Shown here: piece after piece, positions 9,476 through 19,258 of the stretch | Numbering within the stretch: position 1 is the stretch's first letter | How the letters are laid out: every line of letters starts with the position of its first letter | Origin: a virus | Reading direction: 5' to 3' (one strand) | IMG/VR virus record: IMGVR_UViG_3300024346_000009 | DNA length: 64,000 nt | Notes under the pieces: generated by a model | The model's input: the letters and a program-made list of their open reading frames with translations, nothing else | Told to the model about the DNA's origin: nothing | The model's database searches: none | Program-made: the position numbers and the translations under genes

Positions 9476-9799
9476 TTAAACGCTAAAACTGCTACCACAT
9501 CCACAGGTATGTTTTGCGTTGGGGTTAGTAATTACAAATTCTTTCTTCATAAATTCATCTTTATAATCAATATTGGCATCTTGTAAATATTGCATACTCG
9601 CTGCATCAACTAAGACTCTGAATTCATCCAGAGGAAATTCAAAGTCATCTTCATTCATAACTTCATCCATGGTAAATCCGTAATTAAACCCGGAACAACC
9701 GCCGCCCACTACAAAAGTTCTTAAAGAAACTTTAGGGTTATTTTCTTCTCGCAATAAGTCTATGATCTTAGACTTTGCAGCATCTGTTATTGTAATCAT
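9476..9799 (-). CDS. erpA: A-type Fe-S carrier (ErpA/IscA)
   Basis: GGCSG and CGCGSSF. Confidence 0.9.
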   Translation of the reverse strand: MITITDAAKSKIIDLLREENNPKVSLRTFVVGGGCSGFNYGFTMDEVMNEDDFEFPLDEFRVLVDAASMQYLQDANIDYKDEFMKKEFVITNPNAKHTCGCGSSFSV

Positions 9800-10151
9800 G
9801 GATAGCCGCCTTTATTGCATCTTCTGCAAGTATTGAACAATGTATTTTAACCGGTGGGAGGGCAAGTTCTTCAGCAATTCGTGAATTAGTAATCTTTCCC
9901 GCTTCGTTAAGCGTTTTTCCCTTGACCCATTCTGTAACGAGACTTGAGCTTGCAATTGCGGACCCACAACCGTATGTTTTGAATTTTGCATCTATTATAA
10001 TACCCTCTTCTACTTTAATTTGAAGCTTCATTACATCTCCGCAAGCAGGTGCACCAACCATACCAGTACCAATATCAGTATCATTCTTTTCGAAGGATCC
10101 GACATTCCTGGGATTTTCATAATGGTCAATTACCTGCGAACTGTAAGACAT
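9768..10151 (-). CDS. iscU: Fe-S scaffold IscU
   Basis: DHYENPRNVG, APACGD, YGCGSA, LPPVKIHC. Confidence 0.97.
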   Translation of the reverse strand: MSYSSQVIDHYENPRNVGSFEKNDTDIGTGMVGAPACGDVMKLQIKVEEGIIIDAKFKTYGCGSAIASSSLVTEWVKGKTLNEAGKITNSRIAEELALPPVKIHCSILAEDAIKAAIHDYNNRCCKV

Positions 10152-10153
10152 GA

Positions 10154-10483
10154 TTATTTTCCTTGTGCTCTTTGTAATTGCTTAATCTTTTCTTCGTGAA
10201 TAGCAATCATTTCCCTATTCAGTTGAATACTGTCACGATTCTTTTGAACTGCTTCAGTTAGATCTTGACGTAATCTTTCACGTGCCAACTCAGCACTGGT
10301 ATTTGATGCTTGCCTGTTATCGCTGGTTACAACTAAACTCATTTTACCTTGAAGTATAGTTACTTCGTGTGCTAGTGTACCTACAGCGCTTAGTAAGTAA
10401 CCTACACCTGCGATGATTAGCGGTAACAACGCAAATAGTAGTTTTTCAACAAATGCGCTTTTTTCGTTTGACTCTGTTGCCAT
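10154..10483 (-). CDS. membrane-anchored coiled-coil protein
   Basis: N-terminal TM segment then heptad-like region. Confidence 0.6.
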   Translation of the reverse strand: MATESNEKSAFVEKLLFALLPLIIAGVGYLLSAVGTLAHEVTILQGKMSLVVTSDNRQASNTSAELARERLRQDLTEAVQKNRDSIQLNREMIAIHEEKIKQLQRAQGK

Positions 10484-10484
10484 T

Positions 10485-11210
10485 TTATTCTTCTCCTAAT
10501 TTTCCTAATTTTGCAATATAATTATCCATCATGTGATCGTAAGCACCAAGGAACTTTTGCCCTTTTGCATAAGCCCTTGCTCTACTACGAACCATGTCTT
10601 TTACCTGTTGCCAGGGTGTAAGGTTTCTAAATGCACCGTAGTAATTCATATATATGTGAGTCCCGTGATGAGCAAAACCCATTAACCTAAAGGGAACCTT
10701 TGTAACATCGTCACAGTTATTTTGTACTCTGTAGTGTTTAACTGTCAGGCTGTTAACAAATTCTTTATTACCCACTCTTGGTGAACCAAATGTTATTAGT
10801 GATATAACCTTTGACTGCATTCTACCTGAAGCAATAGTTGCCATTGCAGCGCCAAGACTATGGCCTGTGACATAAAGAGTTTCGATATTAGAAACAGCCT
10901 TTTCTATTGCAGGCCATAACTTGTTAATTTCACCTTTAAAGCCTACGTGGATTTTACCACCAATAGCTTCAATATTCTTACCAGCTTTTAAGTCAGCTAA
11001 TATATCTGACGGCTCAGTAACCTCTGTACCTCTAAAACTTAATACGTGTGTACCATCATTGTTTTTAAGAAGATATGCTTGTGCATTATCAATATCAAAA
11101 AATTCAACGATGGTGCATCCTATGGCTTTAAACTTAGTCATAGCTGTTTTTGGATTTTCGTAGGTAATTGCAGCTATGTTAGCAAATATCAATAATTGAG
11201 GTTTTTCCAT
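10485..11210 (-). CDS. class 3 lipase
   Basis: FRGT, HVGF, GHSLG, TFGSPRVG, DDVTKVP. Confidence 0.92.
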   Translation of the reverse strand: MEKPQLLIFANIAAITYENPKTAMTKFKAIGCTIVEFFDIDNAQAYLLKNNDGTHVLSFRGTEVTEPSDILADLKAGKNIEAIGGKIHVGFKGEINKLWPAIEKAVSNIETLYVTGHSLGAAMATIASGRMQSKVISLITFGSPRVGNKEFVNSLTVKHYRVQNNCDDVTKVPFRLMGFAHHGTHIYMNYYGAFRNLTPWQQVKDMVRSRARAYAKGQKFLGAYDHMMDNYIAKLGKLGEE

Positions 11211-11233
11211 TTATATTTCTTTCTTTTTATTTA

Positions 11234-11452
11234 TCACACATACATATCAATAGTATTAATCATTGAAACTTCCATGCGTATAATATTTTCATGAGCTTTC
11301 TTTACATAAATCTCGTAAAGGTAATCTTTTTGTTCTACATACTCTTTATGTTTTGCTATGTAAGTATCATAAAGTTCCTCATTTTTTCTAGTATGAGCAA
11401 CCGCAAGGATACTATCAACCGGGGCATAGTCAGGCCATGAGACGCCCCACAT
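11234..11452 (-). CDS. hypothetical protein
   Basis: Tightly packed in the minus-strand operon. Confidence 0.5.
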   Translation of the reverse strand: MWGVSWPDYAPVDSILAVAHTRKNEELYDTYIAKHKEYVEQKDYLYEIYVKKAHENIIRMEVSMINTIDMYV

Positions 11453-11746
11453 TTAATTTTTCTCTATATTTTTTGCATTAATATATAACTCGTAAGTTAG
11501 AACTCGTATCTCCCCGTCGTCAGATGTACCTAATAGATGGGCTAAGTTATTATATATTTTTGCAATGTCATCTTTACTACACACTGTACTGTGAGTTTTT
11601 ATCCATTTAATTATTTTTATCTTACGCTCATATGGGTCATGAGTAGTTAAAGCAACATACTTAAAATCACCGAGGTTACAAATTGATGATTGTGCAGTTG
11701 ATTTATTAAGTATAAAAGCCATTACAATGATTATTAGCCATTTCAT
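11453..11746 (-). CDS. secreted hypothetical protein
   Basis: Signal-like N-terminus, two Cys; ATGA overlap with upstream gene. Confidence 0.55.
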   Translation of the reverse strand: MKWLIIIVMAFILNKSTAQSSICNLGDFKYVALTTHDPYERKIKIIKWIKTHSTVCSKDDIAKIYNNLAHLLGTSDDGEIRVLTYELYINAKNIEKN

Positions 11747-12516
11747 TGTGACATTTCAGAAGAGGCTAGGTTAATTCTTGTTTTAACCACATTTAAATCT
11801 GCAGGCTCCGTTTTAAATCCTACTGCAACATATCCATCGAAGTCACCAATTTCTGGAGGAATACCACCACGACAGATAAATGTAGCACCTTGCTTGGCTT
11901 CCCACTCTGAAGACTTGCTAGTGACATCTAGTTTATCGCAAATAACCTCACCGTTAAGCATACCAATAATTGCAGCATTACGACCAGGGTCTTTGTTAAA
12001 CAAACTAGAAATTAATCCATCTAATGTGTTATCTCTTCCCTTGGGACCGAAAGCCAACATTGTTGTTCTGGTGTTAACAACTAAACTTGCTTTGTGTACT
12101 ACTACAGATACAGCTTCCAAGTCTTTTTGTAGGCTTGCAGCAACCGGTATAAGGTGATTTACCTCTTTAAGATTGGTTATTTTACTCGAATGGGTAATTG
12201 CTTCTAAAATTACAGCCCTGCTATCCCATGCAAAGTAACCAAAGAAAAATACGCTTGCAAGTAAAATTACTTCAAATAATTTAAACGGTGAATCAACCCA
12301 TTTAATTAAATCGATAGCTTTATCCATCATAGAGGATGCAGACTTTGTGCTACTACTTACATCTATAACTATAGAGGAAGCAACTGCTTTTTTAACCGGT
12401 TTTTTGGTTGTTTGCTTAACTGGTGGTTTTTTAACCGGAGCGCTCTTAACAGGCGGTTTTTTAACCGGTGTACTTTTTACTGGCGGGCGCTTGACTGGAG
12501 GTTTCTTTGTAGCCAT
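11743..12516 (-). CDS. T4 T-like holin candidate with basic repeat N-terminus
   Basis: Single TM plus ~160 aa C-terminal domain, the architecture of T4 holin T; late promoter upstream. Confidence 0.45.
   Translation of the reverse strand: MATKKPPVKRPPVKSTPVKKPPVKSAPVKKPPVKQTTKKPVKKAVASSIVIDVSSSTKSASSMMDKAIDLIKWVDSPFKLFEVILLASVFFFGYFAWDSRAVILEAITHSSKITNLKEVNHLIPVAASLQKDLEAVSVVVHKASLVVNTRTTMLAFGPKGRDNTLDGLISSLFNKDPGRNAAIIGMLNGEVICDKLDVTSKSSEWEAKQGATFICRGGIPPEIGDFDGYVAVGFKTEPADLNVVKTRINLASSEMSQ
12385..12510 (-). repeat. coding tandem repeat KKPPVK/RPPVK/STPVK/SAPVK
   Basis: About seven imperfect xxPVK units; GGTTTTTTAACCGG recurs on + strand. Confidence 0.8.
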
Positions 12517-12572
12517 ATGTATCCTTAATATTTGCATAATATATTGCATAATTAAGAACTAACACTGTTTTA

Positions 12573-12580
12573 TATTTATA
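12573..12580 (-). promoter_or_regulatory. T4 late promoter
   Basis: TATAAATA on minus strand ahead of the minus operon. Confidence 0.7.
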
Positions 12581-12591
12581 ACCGAAATAAG

Positions 12592-12620
12592 TTGATTAAG
12601 TTATAGATCTATCATATAAT
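12592..12620 (+). promoter_or_regulatory. sigma70-like promoter of gene 43
   Basis: TTGATT-17-TATAAT. Confidence 0.7.
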
Positions 12621-12626
12621 CAACAG

Positions 12627-15137
12627 ATGCTATTTTATACAAACGTTTATGCCCGGGGTGATTATATTTACTTCCGCGGATTCAAGGATGGTAAGCGGGT
12701 TCATCAGAAGGTGCCGTTTAAGCCAAGTTTCTATGTTCGATCTGGTACCGAGTCACAATATAAATCTTTATGGGGTGAAAATCTTGAGAAGAAGCAGTTT
12801 GGCTCTATTGCGGCTGCGAAGGAATTTGTAAAGAGGTACAGGGATGTAAGCAACTTCCCTATCTACGGTAACTATAATTACATATATCAATTCACCAGCA
12901 AACTCTTTCCCGATAAGATTGACGTCGATATCTCGTTAATGAGGATTGTGACGATTGATATCGAGACCACAACTGAGTATGGTTTCCCTGATGTCCGGAA
13001 TGCGCAAGAGCAGGTTATTCTTATTTCTATTCAAGACTTTAATACAAAGCAAATTACAACCTTTGGATGTAAGCCGTATACGAGTAAGAAAGAAAATGCT
13101 ACCTATATTCAATGCGTAGATGAATTTGATCTACTGCGTAAGTTTATTAACTACCTTAAAGATGATTATCCCGATGTAATAACTGGCTGGAACGTACAGC
13201 TGTTTGACATTGCATACCTGTCTTCTAGAATTGTTAAGGTATTAGGTGATAAAGCTTTAACGGAATGTTCTCCTTGGGGGTTCGTCTCAACCAATGAGGT
13301 ACCGTACGCAAGAGGTCGTACCCAACTAGCATATAACTGGAGTGGTATATCCATTCTTGACTTTATGGATCTGTATAAGAAGTTTTCTTATAAGATGGTT
13401 GAAAACTATAAGCTGGATACGGTTGCTAAGGAGGAGCTTAACAAGGAGAAGATTAAGTCACCATACAGCACCTTTAAAGAGTTTTATACGAATGATTGGG
13501 AACTCTTTGTTGACTATAATATTGTCGACGTAGAGTTGGTTGACCAGTTGGAAGATAAGATGAGAATTATTACTCTTATCCTGACTATGGCGTACGATGC
13601 TAAATGCAATTACACGGATATCTTTTCATCGGTACGTACATGGGATTGTATTTTATATAATAAGTTATTGAAGCAGAACATTATTGTTCATAACCCGCCC
13701 CCGGTTGATCTTAATTTAGATAGACAGATTATGGGTGCGTATGTCAAGGAGCCTAAGCCTAGTCAATACGATTGGGTTGTTTCTTTTGATGCAACCTCTC
13801 TGTACCCCTCTATTATTATGTCATGGAATATGTCTCCTGAGACACTTGTTAACGGGCAGAAGTACCTAGCAGACGATGAGAGAAGTATTCAGCAGTTATT
13901 AGACAGAACTGTACATACACAAAATATTCATGATGAGCAGTTGGCTATGACTGCTAACGGGCAATGCTTTAGAAAAGATAAGAAGGGTATCTTCCCTGAA
14001 TTAATTGAGTTCTACTTTGGTGAGCGACAGGTTGCTAAGAAGCTAATGCTAGAAGCGCAAATCATGTACGAGAAGACAAAAGATAAGAAGTACTTGAACG
14101 AAATATCCAGTCTTAACTCAAGGCAGATGTCTGCTAAGATTTTAATGAACTCTCTTTACGGTGCAATGGGTAATGTTCACTTTAGGTATTATGATATCCG
14201 AATAGCCGAGGGTATTACAATGACCGGGCAACTTATTATTCGAACGGTAGCTAATAAATTAAAAAGCTTTGTAAATAAGGAATGTGGAACTAAAGATATT
14301 GAATACTCTTTTTATTCCGATACCGATTCTACGTACATTACTCTTGGAGATTTAGTAAAACGCAATCTTAAAGGTAGAACTAACGAGGTGATCGTAGAGG
14401 TTTTAGATAAGTACTGTAGTACACAGATTGAACCTACTATTAACGAGGCGTGTGAGGATCTTGCAGACTACTTAAATATTTACCAGCGTAGGATTAAATT
14501 TAAGCGAGAGATTATTGCCGATAGAGGTATATGGATTGCTAAGAAGCGGTATGCGGTTAATGTATATAACTCGGAAGGTGTTACTTACGATCCCCCGAAG
14601 CTTAAAATTCTAGGGATGGAGATCGTTAGGTCCTCTACCCCTGCCCCGGTTCGTAAAGCACTCAAGGAGGCTGTCGGTATTGCTCTTACAAAAGATGAGG
14701 CAACGTTGAGGCAGTTTGTGGCTGACTTAGAGTCAACGTGGCATAGTCTTGACCCTGAAGATATTGCGTTCCCTAGAGGTATTAATGGGCTTAAAGAATA
14801 TAGTGATCCTAATTCCATCTTTAGAAAGGGTACCCCTATCCACGTAAGGGGAGCTCTCCTATATAATCATCTAATTACAAATAATGGGTTAGAGAAGAAG
14901 TATCAATTGATTCAAGAAGGGGATAAGATTAAGTTTGTGTATTTAAGAGAACCTAATCCCCTAGCTACCCACGTTATAACATTTGCAGGAGATATCCCTC
15001 CGGAGTTTAATTTACGTGAGTATATTGATTATGATAAAATGTTTGAGAAGTCTTTTCTTGAACCCCTTAACTCTTTACTCAGCTGTATTGGCTGGCAAGT
15101 TAAAGAAACCGCATCTCTAGAAGGATTATTCGGATGA
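12627..15137 (+). CDS. 43: family B DNA polymerase gp43
   Basis: DIET exonuclease, DATSLYPS, KILMNSLYG, YSDTDS. Confidence 0.98.
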   Translation: MLFYTNVYARGDYIYFRGFKDGKRVHQKVPFKPSFYVRSGTESQYKSLWGENLEKKQFGSIAAAKEFVKRYRDVSNFPIYGNYNYIYQFTSKLFPDKIDVDISLMRIVTIDIETTTEYGFPDVRNAQEQVILISIQDFNTKQITTFGCKPYTSKKENATYIQCVDEFDLLRKFINYLKDDYPDVITGWNVQLFDIAYLSSRIVKVLGDKALTECSPWGFVSTNEVPYARGRTQLAYNWSGISILDFMDLYKKFSYKMVENYKLDTVAKEELNKEKIKSPYSTFKEFYTNDWELFVDYNIVDVELVDQLEDKMRIITLILTMAYDAKCNYTDIFSSVRTWDCILYNKLLKQNIIVHNPPPVDLNLDRQIMGAYVKEPKPSQYDWVVSFDATSLYPSIIMSWNMSPETLVNGQKYLADDERSIQQLLDRTVHTQNIHDEQLAMTANGQCFRKDKKGIFPELIEFYFGERQVAKKLMLEAQIMYEKTKDKKYLNEISSLNSRQMSAKILMNSLYGAMGNVHFRYYDIRIAEGITMTGQLIIRTVANKLKSFVNKECGTKDIEYSFYSDTDSTYITLGDLVKRNLKGRTNEVIVEVLDKYCSTQIEPTINEACEDLADYLNIYQRRIKFKREIIADRGIWIAKKRYAVNVYNSEGVTYDPPKLKILGMEIVRSSTPAPVRKALKEAVGIALTKDEATLRQFVADLESTWHSLDPEDIAFPRGINGLKEYSDPNSIFRKGTPIHVRGALLYNHLITNNGLEKKYQLIQEGDKIKFVYLREPNPLATHVITFAGDIPPEFNLREYIDYDKMFEKSFLEPLNSLLSCIGWQVKETASLEGLFG

Positions 15138-15574
15138 AAAAATATATTGCAATTCTTTCATTACTGTTAGTTACCCAGGCATTTGCTCAAAAGATGCCCA
15201 AGAACTCAGCAACCTATGACACCCAGGTCTTACGTGTAAGTGATGGTGATACCATTGTCATTGCAGCACCATTCTTACCTGCGCCACTCAAACCAGAACT
15301 AGCAGTTCGTATCTTCGGTGTTGATACACCAGAAAAGGGACATAGAGCACAGTGTCCACAAGAGGATCAAAGAGCACAGTTAGCTAGTAAATGGACCTCT
15401 CAGTTGATTGCTCAGGGGGGTAGGATACAAGTTACCTTATATGCCTGGGATAAATTTGGTGGTAGGGTGCTTGGAGATATCTTAGTTAATGGTCAAAGTG
15501 TTCGAGCTGGGTTAATTGCTAATGGATTAGCACGTGAATATTACGGTGATGCCAAGCAAAGCTGGTGTCAGTAA
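15134..15574 (+). CDS. secreted thermonuclease (SNase-like)
   Basis: Signal peptide; DGDT, VRIFGVDTPE, DKFGGRVL. Confidence 0.9.
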   Translation: MKKYIAILSLLLVTQAFAQKMPKNSATYDTQVLRVSDGDTIVIAAPFLPAPLKPELAVRIFGVDTPEKGHRAQCPQEDQRAQLASKWTSQLIAQGGRIQVTLYAWDKFGGRVLGDILVNGQSVRAGLIANGLAREYYGDAKQSWCQ

Positions 15575-15578
15575 TAGA

Positions 15579-15607
15579 TTGACCTTACGTCTGATTTATA
15601 TTATAAT
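15579..15607 (+). promoter_or_regulatory. sigma70-like promoter
   Basis: TTGACC-17-TATAAT. Confidence 0.75.
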
Positions 15608-15632
15608 ATGTGAACTATAAGGAACTTATACT

Positions 15633-16697
15633 ATGTCAATACTCGATAAGATTAAAAAGAACTCTACTATTAAGGATACGGCCCTCTTAGCCGAATCGAA
15701 ATTCTTTCAGAAGAAGGATATGATTCCTACTTCTATCCCTGCAATTAATATTGCTTTATCTGGTAGACTAGATGGAGGTCTTACTCCTGGTCTTACGATG
15801 TGGGCAGGTCCTTCGAAGCACTTTAAGACTGCTTTTTCTTTATTGATGGCAAAGTCGTATCTGGATAAGTATCCCGATGCGGCTTTACTCTTTTATGATT
15901 CAGAGTTCGGTACTCCTCAGTCGTACTTTGACTCTTTTGGCATTGATGCTAAACGTGTTATCCATACCCCACTAACTAATATTGAGCAATTGAAGTTCGA
16001 TATAATGACTCAGTTAGAAGGTATTGAAAGAAGTGATCATCTGATTATTATTATTGACTCTATTGGTAACCTTGCATCTAAGAAAGAAGTCGAAGATGCG
16101 TTAGAAGGTAAGTCGGTAGCAGATATGTCAAGAGCAAAGCAGATCAAGTCTCTGTTCCGTATGGTTACCCCTCATCTATCTCTTAAAGATATACCGATGG
16201 TAGTAGTTAATCATACCTATAAGACTATGGAGTTATATTCAAAAGACGTTGTAGGTGGTGGTACTGGTTCTTATTACTCCGCCGATAATATCTTTATCCT
16301 AGGTCGTCAGCAAGAAAAAGAAGGTACCGAGGTTGTAGGGTATAACTTTATTATTAACGTTGAGAAGTCGCGCTACGTCAGAGAGAAATCTAAGATCCCT
16401 GTTACTGTTCGTCACGATGGTGGTATCAGTCGTTGGTCTGGACTACTGGATATGGCTTTAGAATCTGGTCACGTTATTAAGCCTTCTAACGGTTGGTATT
16501 CTCGCGTTAATAAAGATACCGGTGAAGTAGAAGATCAGAAGTTTAGAGCAGCACAGTGTGATACTAAGGAGTTCTGGCTACCTATTTTACAAACATCTTC
16601 ATTCCAGGAATGGGTAAAGACTACCTATCAAGTTGCTAACGGTGCTATCTTGAGTGATGAAGATATTACTAAGGAGTTTGATGATGCTACGGAATGA
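15633..16697 (+). CDS. uvsX: RecA-like recombinase UvsX
   Basis: GPSKHFKT, YDSEFG, DSIGNL. Confidence 0.96.
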   Translation: MSILDKIKKNSTIKDTALLAESKFFQKKDMIPTSIPAINIALSGRLDGGLTPGLTMWAGPSKHFKTAFSLLMAKSYLDKYPDAALLFYDSEFGTPQSYFDSFGIDAKRVIHTPLTNIEQLKFDIMTQLEGIERSDHLIIIIDSIGNLASKKEVEDALEGKSVADMSRAKQIKSLFRMVTPHLSLKDIPMVVVNHTYKTMELYSKDVVGGGTGSYYSADNIFILGRQQEKEGTEVVGYNFIINVEKSRYVREKSKIPVTVRHDGGISRWSGLLDMALESGHVIKPSNGWYSRVNKDTGEVEDQKFRAAQCDTKEFWLPILQTSSFQEWVKTTYQVANGAILSDEDITKEFDDATE

Positions 16698-16986
16698 TTT
16701 ATTTAAACCATGGTTTGTAGGCGACGACTGGGGGTTTGAAATTATAGACGGTGAGTATAAAGGTGTATGTATTCAGATTGAAAAATTAGAGTTTGATGAA
16801 AAAACAGAAGGTGGTCTACTACTAGACTCCCATACTGTACATAAGCCGGATTCAATTACCGATGAAGAATTAAAAGAGCCAAAATTTCAAGCTGTTGTTG
16901 AAGTTATTATTAATGATATTTTACGAGAAGCAATAGATGACCTTAAGCAGACTAGAGATAACGATACTAAAGAATCTAGTACATGA
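16681..16986 (+). CDS. gp40-like head vertex assembly chaperone
   Basis: Size and position between uvsX and 41 as in T4. Confidence 0.5.
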   Translation: MMLRNDLFKPWFVGDDWGFEIIDGEYKGVCIQIEKLEFDEKTEGGLLLDSHTVHKPDSITDEELKEPKFQAVVEVIINDILREAIDDLKQTRDNDTKESST

Positions 16987-18328
16987 TGAAGTATACATGC
17001 GCAAGGTACTGCCTTTTATTAAGGAGCAGTACTTTACGGATGAGAGTGAAAGAACGGTTTATAAATTAATTCACGAGTTTGTAACTAAGTACAACAAGCC
17101 TCCTACGGTTGAGGCTATATCTATTTCATTACAGAATACCAATGTACCTGAAGGTCAATTTAAGGAGATAACCGATCTCTTTAAAGAGCTGGTCGTAACG
17201 GAGGTACCTAACCCTCAATGGTTATTAGATGAGACTGAAAAGTTCTGTAAGGATAAGGCTGTATATAACGCTATTCTTCAATCTATCGGGGTAATGGAGG
17301 GTAGGGATAAGCTTGTATCAAAAGATGGTATTCCTTCTTTACTTCAAGATGCATTAGGTGTTTGTTTTGATAACTCTGTTGGGCATGATTACTTTGATGA
17401 TGCAAGTAAGAGGTTTGAATACTATAACCGTGTCGAAGAGCGAATCCCATTTGACCTAGATCTCTTTAATAAGATCACACAGGGTGGGATGCCTAATAAA
17501 ACGCTTAATATTGCGCTTGCAGGTACCGGGGTTGGTAAGTCTTTATTCATGTGTCACGTAGCCGCCAGTTGTATTGGTCAAGGTAAAAATGTATTGTACA
17601 TTACTTTGGAGATGGCAGAGGAGCGAATTGCTGAGCGTATTGACGCAAATCTATTGAACGTGGAGATCGATCAATTAAAGTCTCTACCTAAACAAATGTT
17701 TGATAGCAGGATGGAAAAGCTGAATAACAAGATACATGGCAAGCTAATTATTAAGGAGTACCCTACGGCGTCTGCACACGTTGGCCACTTTAAAATGCTG
17801 TTAAATGAGTTGAGTTTAAAGAGATCCTTTAAACCTGATGTAATTTTTATCGATTACTTGAACATATGTGCATCCTCCAGATTTAAGCCTGGTGGAGGTG
17901 TCAATTCTTATACATATATAAAAGCCATTGCAGAAGAGTTACGTGGTCTAGCTGTAGAATTTAATGTACCTATTATGTCAGCTACTCAGACAACGCGTTC
18001 GGGTTTCTCGAATACGGATGTGGAGCTTACAGATACTTCCGAATCTTTCGGTCTACCAGCAACAGCAGATTTTATGTTTGCGTTGATTAGTACAGAAGAA
18101 CTCGAGCAACTCAATCAGTTAATGGTAAAGCAGCTGAAAAACCGGTATAATGACCCTACATTACACAAGCGGTTTATGATCGGTATTGATCGGGCGAAAA
18201 TGCGGCTGTATGACCTTGAGGATATTGCTCAAAGTAATCTACGGGATACCGGGCAGGAAGATGCACCTATTAATATTGGTATGAATAATCTATTCAAGAA
18301 AAAGGACTTCTCCGGAATTAAAGTATAA
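16937..18328 (+). CDS. 41: replicative helicase gp41
   Basis: GTGVGKS, LEMAEE, IDYL, SESFGLP, QLKNRY. Confidence 0.97.
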   Translation: MTLSRLEITILKNLVHDEVYMRKVLPFIKEQYFTDESERTVYKLIHEFVTKYNKPPTVEAISISLQNTNVPEGQFKEITDLFKELVVTEVPNPQWLLDETEKFCKDKAVYNAILQSIGVMEGRDKLVSKDGIPSLLQDALGVCFDNSVGHDYFDDASKRFEYYNRVEERIPFDLDLFNKITQGGMPNKTLNIALAGTGVGKSLFMCHVAASCIGQGKNVLYITLEMAEERIAERIDANLLNVEIDQLKSLPKQMFDSRMEKLNNKIHGKLIIKEYPTASAHVGHFKMLLNELSLKRSFKPDVIFIDYLNICASSRFKPGGGVNSYTYIKAIAEELRGLAVEFNVPIMSATQTTRSGFSNTDVELTDTSESFGLPATADFMFALISTEELEQLNQLMVKQLKNRYNDPTLHKRFMIGIDRAKMRLYDLEDIAQSNLRDTGQEDAPINIGMNNLFKKKDFSGIKV

Positions 18329-18331
18329 ATA
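18324..18331 (+). promoter_or_regulatory. T4 late promoter
   Basis: TATAAATA. Confidence 0.6.
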
Positions 18332-18348
18332 ATTCTAAAGGGGGCCCT

Positions 18349-18990
18349 ATGTATCTTGCACCAGTTATAGATGGAATTTTAGAGTCAAAGAAATCTAAAT
18401 TAGTAGGCCGCCAAACTTATTTTTATATTACCGGTATATTAAACCGGTCTTTTGCAAAGGTTGAACCCTTTACATTTCGGTATGAAACCTACAGTGATTA
18501 CAGCAGAGAAGACTTTTCAGTATCCGGTCTATACGATATGGATGCAAATAAGCGTTACATAGTTCTTAACTTCCCTAAAAATCACAAAACCTTTCCCATG
18601 GATGATGAGAAGTGGAGAGAATTTAAGTTTGCGGTATCACAGGTATGCCAGCATGAAGCTATCCATCAAAACCAATGGCAGCACCGAGACTATAAAGATG
18701 AAGGAGCGTTAAGTTTAGATTTTAGAAACATGGCAGGGGATTTGGATGAGGATAGAGAGTATCTTTCAGATATTGACGAAATTGATGCTTACGGTCATGA
18801 TATTGCAATGGAAATAAAATTTTGTTACCCTAAAAAGGATCCCTACGAGGTTTTGCGTACAATAGACAGAAGAAGAAAATTGTGGTCATACTCGTACTAT
18901 AAAAAAACTTTTAAAGGTGAGGAGTGGTCTGACATTAAGAAGCGGCTTTATAAGAAAATATACTTATGGATGCCATATGTTACTGTATAA
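18349..18990 (+). CDS. hypothetical protein with HExxH zincin-like motif
   Basis: QHEAIHQ and downstream EIDAY. Confidence 0.6.
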   Translation: MYLAPVIDGILESKKSKLVGRQTYFYITGILNRSFAKVEPFTFRYETYSDYSREDFSVSGLYDMDANKRYIVLNFPKNHKTFPMDDEKWREFKFAVSQVCQHEAIHQNQWQHRDYKDEGALSLDFRNMAGDLDEDREYLSDIDEIDAYGHDIAMEIKFCYPKKDPYEVLRTIDRRRKLWSYSYYKKTFKGEEWSDIKKRLYKKIYLWMPYVTV

Positions 18991-19004
18991 TATAAAAGGA
19001 AGAA

Positions 19005-19178
19005 ATGGAAGAACCTATCTTCTCAATAATGGATTTACTTCAATTGGGGTTAATGATTTTAGCCTGTTACGCCTGTTACTGGAGGGGAAGAATTGTAGGA
19101 ATTGAACAAACGGTACAAACCTTGGCAGACCAGGGGTTAATTGACCTAGAAGAAGTTGAAGATGAAGAAGGCCTTTAG
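19005..19178 (+). CDS. small membrane protein (57 aa, below ORF-track cut-off)
   Basis: AAGGA SD; MEEPIFSIMDLLQLGLMILACYACYWRG..acidic tail; ends in terminator. Confidence 0.6.
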   Translation: MEEPIFSIMDLLQLGLMILACYACYWRGRIVGIEQTVQTLADQGLIDLEEVEDEEGL

Positions 19179-19190
19179 GGGCCTTTTTTT
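19168..19190 (+). terminator. intrinsic terminator
   Basis: AAGGCC..GGCCTT plus T-run. Confidence 0.8.
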
Positions 19191-19202
19191 ACGGCCGTAA
19201 AT

Positions 19203-19231
19203 TTGCCTTTTGGACGGAAATAGGTTATAAT
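19203..19231 (+). promoter_or_regulatory. sigma70-like promoter
   Basis: TTGCCT-17-TATAAT. Confidence 0.75.
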
Positions 19232-19258
19232 AGTATATCAACTAAATTAAAGGATTGT

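Noticed and set aside
12385-12510. Possible CRISPR-like or origin repeat array
   Set aside because: Repeats are short, in-frame and coding, with no spacers; no CRISPR array seen in the window
12627-18328. Inteins or introns in gp43, uvsX, gp41
   Set aside because: Lengths are normal and motifs are colinear
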